Origin: an uncultured bacterium
Lineage (GTDB): Bacteria; Actinomycetota; Acidimicrobiia; Spongiisociales; UBA5794
DNA length: 64,000 nt
Reading direction: 5' to 3'
Assembly: GCA_963801165.1 (NCBI GenBank)
Contig: CAWDDT010000004.1
Span: 32,001-96,000 of the forward strand
Shown here: positions 60,025-64,000 of the stretch, in pieces
Layout of the letters: each line of letters opens with the position of its first letter
How positions within the stretch are numbered: position 1 is the stretch's first letter
Program-made: the position numbers and the translations under genes
The notes under the pieces: generated by a model
The model's database searches: none
Told to the model about the DNA's origin: nothing
The model's input: the letters and a program-made list of their open reading frames with translations, nothing else

Positions 60025-61459
60025 ACTGGTCGATCAGCTTGTCGATGGGGTCGACCAACGCCTGGATGTTGGTCCAGTAGTCCGGGTCGTACCACTGACG
60101 CTGGATCTCGTCGTAGGTCTTGCCTTGCTGCTCGACCCAGGTGTAGTACTTGAGGTTGTGGATTCGCTTGCGCTCGTAGTAACCGAGTTCCTGGGTGTTG
60201 GCGGTGCTCTGACCCATCAGATGGCGGTGATAGGCACCGGCTGCATCCGAGGCGGTGAACTCGCCACGCTCCTGACGCAGCTCGTTGATCCGTGACCCGT
60301 ACATCTCCATCGAGTCGGTGCCGAGCGTCATGACGATGTCGTTGCCGGTGAGCTCGTACCACTTGGCGAATTTGATTGCCATCAGCATGTTGGCGACACC
60401 GGAGATACCGAGAAGCGGCAGCTTCTCGATGAAGTCCGCCGACACACCCTGCTTGGCCAGGTACTCCTGACCGGCCGGCTCGTTGAAGAGACGGATCAAG
60501 CTCATCGGCGACTCGTCGTCAATGGCCATCGCCATGTCCGTGTTCCTTATGTTGTGGACCCACGGGATGTGCTTGTCACCGATGCCTTCGATGCGGTGCT
60601 CGCCGAAGCCGTTGAGGATCATCGTCGGGCACTCGGTCGCCTCGCCGGCGACGATCTTCGAAGTGGGGTACACCTGCTTCAAGTAATCGCCCGAGCCGAT
60701 GGTCCCGGCAGAGCCCGTAGTCAGGGTGACGCCGGCGAACCGGTCGCCCGCACCCATCACCTGCTCCAACACTTCGACCATGGCGGGGCCGGTCACCGAG
60801 TAGTGCCACAGGTAGTTGCCGAACTCGTCGAACTGATTGAAGATCACCAGGTCCTGGCCGGACGCCCGCAGCTCGTTGCACTTGTCGAAGATCTCCTTGA
60901 CGTTGGACTCTGAGCCCGGTGTCTTGATGATCTCGCCGGCGACGTTCTCCAGCCATTGAAAGCGCTCCTTGCTCATCCCCTCGGGGAGGATGGCGATGGA
61001 TTCGCAGCCAAGCAGGTTGGAGTCGTAGGCACCGCCGCGGCAGTAGTTGCCGGTAGACGGCCAGACGGCCTTCTGCGTGGCGGGGTCGAACTGACCGGTG
61101 ACGAGACGCGGGGCGAGGCAGCCGAACGCAGCGCCGACCTTGTGGGCGCCGGTGGGGAACCACTTGCCCTCGAGCATGATGATCCGGGCGTCAACACCGC
61201 TGATCTCCTTGGGGATCTCCAGGTAATTGACCTTCCCAAAACCTCCACCCGACGCCGTCGGCTCGTTGTGCCAGGTGATGCGGAACAGGTTCAGCGGGTT
61301 GAGATCCCACAGTCCGACGTCGCTGAGCTGATTCTTGATGGAATCCGGGATCAGGGCCGGGTTGCGCATCTGCTTGAAAGTAGGAATCCGAATCGATCGA
61401 TCCCGCGCCACCCTGGCTGCGGATTCGAGCACCGACTCGTTGACCGTCAGATCGATCAT
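60002..61459 (-). CDS. PLP-dependent fold-type II enzyme of unknown specificity
   Basis: FPTGAHKVG (PLP lysine), PSTGNY, NQF, TGSAGT, HRIEGIG. Confidence 0.85.
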   Translation of the reverse strand: MIDLTVNESVLESAARVARDRSIRIPTFKQMRNPALIPDSIKNQLSDVGLWDLNPLNLFRITWHNEPTASGGGFGKVNYLEIPKEISGVDARIIMLEGKWFPTGAHKVGAAFGCLAPRLVTGQFDPATQKAVWPSTGNYCRGGAYDSNLLGCESIAILPEGMSKERFQWLENVAGEIIKTPGSESNVKEIFDKCNELRASGQDLVIFNQFDEFGNYLWHYSVTGPAMVEVLEQVMGAGDRFAGVTLTTGSAGTIGSGDYLKQVYPTSKIVAGEATECPTMILNGFGEHRIEGIGDKHIPWVHNIRNTDMAMAIDDESPMSLIRLFNEPAGQEYLAKQGVSADFIEKLPLLGISGVANMLMAIKFAKWYELTGNDIVMTLGTDSMEMYGSRINELRQERGEFTASDAAGAYHRHLMGQSTANTQELGYYERKRIHNLKYYTWVEQQGKTYDEIQRQWYDPDYWTNIQALVDPIDKLIDQFNQRVGL

Positions 61460-62721
61460 TAGTTGGTTCCCTTCTGTATCGCTTCTTTGAGTGCTTCGAG
61501 TGTCGGGTCGACAACCATCGGTGTCGTTCCAGCGGCGGCCACTGCCTTCATTGCCGAGGCAACGTCCTTGAGGCCGGAACCGGTGGACAGCACGACGACC
61601 TCTTCGTTCTCCTTGACCAGACCGGTAGCAACCGCCTTGATCAGGCCGGCGTATGCGGTCGCTCCGGCAGGCTCGGCGAACACGCCGGAGCCGCGTGCCA
61701 GCAGCGGCATCGCCGCCAGGATCTCGCCGTCGCTAACCCGGACGTAGGCGCCGTTGGTCTCGGTGACTGCTCGCATCGCCTTGATACGGTCCCGGGGGAG
61801 GTCGGCGCTAATCGAGTCGGCGATCGTATCTGCGGAGATGGGTGCCTTGGTCAGCACATCCTCACCGGACTCGAACGCCTGCACCATGTAGTCGCTGCCT
61901 GCGGCCTGGATGCCGTAGATCCTGGGGGAGTAGTCGATCCAGCCGAGGGCCAGAGCGTCCTTCATGGCCTTATGCACGCCGCCGATGATGGAACCGTCGC
62001 CGACGCTGACGAAGATTGCATCGGGCGGACTCCAGCCGAGGTCTTCGAGGATCTCCCAGCCTGCGGTCTTCTTGCCTTCGGTCATGTACGGGTTGTAGCC
62101 GGTGTTGCGGTTGTACCAGCCGTACTCAGCAGCCGCCAGCATGCACAGCTCGAAAGCGTCGCCGTAGTTGCCGTTGACCAGCGCCACCGTCGACCCGTAC
62201 GTCAACAGTTGGGCGATCTTGGCCTCAGGCGCTGTCTTGGGGACGAAGATGACGTTCTTCTGCCCGACGCTCGCCGAGATACCGGAAAGTGCCGCTGCGG
62301 CATTGCCGGTGCTGGCGGTGGTGACCACCTCGGCGCCGACCTCGCGTGCCTTGACGACGGCCATGGCTGAAGCCCGGTCCTTGAGCGACGCTGTCGGCTG
62401 TCGCCCCTCGTCCTTGACCCACACCCTTGCTATGCCGAGGTCGGCAGCAAGGGGCCTGGCGTCGTACATCGGGGTGCAGCCAACCGTGAGCGGCGGCACC
62501 TCAGCGTCCGGGGCAACCGGCATCACCGGCTTGTATCGCCACATCGTGCGGTCCGGGTTGGCGGCGAGGTCTTCCTTGGTCCATTCGGACGAGATCGTGT
62601 CGTAGTCGTACTGGACGTCGAGGATGCCTTCATTGCCGTGGTCGGTGCAGACGTACCCGGCGTAGTCCGCCGGGTACGTCTTGCCGCAGATCACACAGGT
62701 GAGCCCGGTGACATGGTTCAT
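61459..62721 (-). CDS. Threonine-synthase-like PLP enzyme
   Basis: N-terminal CxxC, PTASLKDR, ASTGNAA, EGKKT, VGDG, FAEPAGA, TGSGLKD. Confidence 0.88.
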   Translation of the reverse strand: MNHVTGLTCVICGKTYPADYAGYVCTDHGNEGILDVQYDYDTISSEWTKEDLAANPDRTMWRYKPVMPVAPDAEVPPLTVGCTPMYDARPLAADLGIARVWVKDEGRQPTASLKDRASAMAVVKAREVGAEVVTTASTGNAAAALSGISASVGQKNVIFVPKTAPEAKIAQLLTYGSTVALVNGNYGDAFELCMLAAAEYGWYNRNTGYNPYMTEGKKTAGWEILEDLGWSPPDAIFVSVGDGSIIGGVHKAMKDALALGWIDYSPRIYGIQAAGSDYMVQAFESGEDVLTKAPISADTIADSISADLPRDRIKAMRAVTETNGAYVRVSDGEILAAMPLLARGSGVFAEPAGATAYAGLIKAVATGLVKENEEVVVLSTGSGLKDVASAMKAVAAAGTTPMVVDPTLEALKEAIQKGTN

Positions 62722-63659
62722 CGAACGATCCTGGTGCCGGTCTCGCCGGCAACGGCGCGCTCGATGTTCTCGGGGTTGGTGATGAGAGCTTCCTTGCCGC
62801 CGCCTTCGAGGAACTTGACCACGGCCCTCATCTTCGGGGCCATCGACCCCTCGGCGAAGTGGCCGCCCTCTTCGAGGTATTGCTTGACCTCGGCGAGAGT
62901 GAGCTTGTCCATCCACTCCTCATTTGGCTTGCCGTAGTTGAGGGCGACCTTCTCGACTGCGGTCGAGATCAGCAGCATGTCTGCGTCGATATCGAGAGCC
63001 AGCAGTGCAGAAGCCAGGTCCTTGTCGATGACGGCAGCGACACCTTGCAGGTCGCCGTTCTCGGTGGTGACGACGGGAATGCCGCCACCGCCGACACAGA
63101 TCACAACGACACCGGAATCGATCAGCTGTCGTATGACATCGATCTCAACGATGCGTTGTGGCTGTGGGGAAGCGACGACCCGACGCCAACCACGTCCGGC
63201 GTCTTCCTTGATCGACCAGCCTTCTTCGTCCCTGCGCCGCTTGGCTTCGTCCTCCTCGAGGAAGGTGCCGATCGGCTTCGACGGGTTGATCATGGCGGGG
63301 TCTTCCGCGCTCACCTCGACCTGGGTGACCACCGTCGCCACGGGCTTGTTGATACCCATCGCGCGGAAGTCGTTGATCAGGTTCTGCTGCAACGCATAGC
63401 CGATTGCTCCCTGCGTGTCGGCTCCGGCGACGTCCATCGGGATCTCGTGAAGCTCATGGCGCGAGAGCTCCGAGCGCCGCATGATGAACCCGACCTGTGG
63501 TCCATTTCCGTGCGAGATGGCTACGTCCCATCCGGCCTTGACCAGTTCGGCGATGTGCTGGTCGGTGACCGCAGCTGCCGCATACTGGTCGGCGACCGAC
63601 TGATGCGCCTTGTCGGCGATCAGCGAATTGCCACCAATGGCGATGACGACTTTAGACAT
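62718..63659 (-). CDS. arcC: Carbamate kinase
   Basis: AIGGNSL, HGNGPQVG, PSKPIG, EDAGRGWRRVVASP, GGGGIPV, VIDKD, GSMAPK. Confidence 0.95.
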   Translation of the reverse strand: MSKVVIAIGGNSLIADKAHQSVADQYAAAAVTDQHIAELVKAGWDVAISHGNGPQVGFIMRRSELSRHELHEIPMDVAGADTQGAIGYALQQNLINDFRAMGINKPVATVVTQVEVSAEDPAMINPSKPIGTFLEEDEAKRRRDEEGWSIKEDAGRGWRRVVASPQPQRIVEIDVIRQLIDSGVVVICVGGGGIPVVTTENGDLQGVAAVIDKDLASALLALDIDADMLLISTAVEKVALNYGKPNEEWMDKLTLAEVKQYLEEGGHFAEGSMAPKMRAVVKFLEGGGKEALITNPENIERAVAGETGTRIVR

Positions 63660-63662
63660 CCC

Positions 63663-64000
63663 TCACTCCCAGACTCCGAGGACGGAAGACAGGAGAGCCA
63701 TACGCATGACGACGCCGTTGTAGGCCTCTTGCCAGTAACGCGCGTGACGGGAATCGTCGACCTCAGGAAGTAGCTCGTCACGACGGGGGAGCGAGTGCAG
63801 GATGATCGAGCTGCCCTTGGCCTTCGACATCACCTCTGAGGTCACCTGGTACTTGGCGTCGGTGTGGGCGTATACCTCTTGCTTTTCCTGACGAGCCTTT
63901 GTGTAGTCGGGCTGGACCACCGGCTCCATGTAGATGACGTCTACCTCGTCGATCACGTCGTCGATGTGGTCGACGATGCGGTAGTTGGTGCCCTTCTCAT
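63663..64000 (-). CDS. Aspartate/ornithine carbamoyltransferase family protein (C-terminal part; runs off the window)
   Basis: DVIYM, ILHSLPR.DEL, Y..EA.NGV.MRMALL; frame stays open to the window edge. Confidence 0.85.
   Translation of the reverse strand, partial: EKGTNYRIVDHIDDVIDEVDVIYMEPVVQPDYTKARQEKQEVYAHTDAKYQVTSEVMSKAKGSSIILHSLPRRDELLPEVDDSRHARYWQEAYNGVVMRMALLSSVLGVWE

Overview
High-GC actinobacterial chromosome segment. SLH-tailed secreted proteins, DivIVA, MhuD and GGTTT-N16-GGGTA promoters suggest Acidimicrobiia (inference). It holds about 60 genes; I found no rRNA, tRNA, CRISPR array or transposase. Main systems: (1) a split, divergently transcribed formate dehydrogenase whose catalytic subunit has an in-frame UGA (selenocysteine) and a SECIS hairpin; (2) a dispersed selenium/molybdenum-hydroxylase set resembling anaerobic purine-catabolism clusters (xdh-ssnA-ygfK, yqeB-yqeC, mocA, and carbamoyltransferase-carbamate kinase-two PLP enzymes), next to a thiamine-binding-fold/HTH regulator pair; (3) gdhA followed by two tandem 124-aa paralogues of unknown function that look like pseudo-receiver domains; (4) a SigB/SigF-type partner-switching island in which the sigma factor is fused to a degenerate anti-sigma-like domain, with four matching promoters and a PRC-barrel/pseudo-Dps fusion target; (5) a decayed zone at 52.4-55.8 kb with pseudogene scars and a VapBC-type module. 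All calls come from reading motifs by eye; no database searches were run, and start codons were refined manually.
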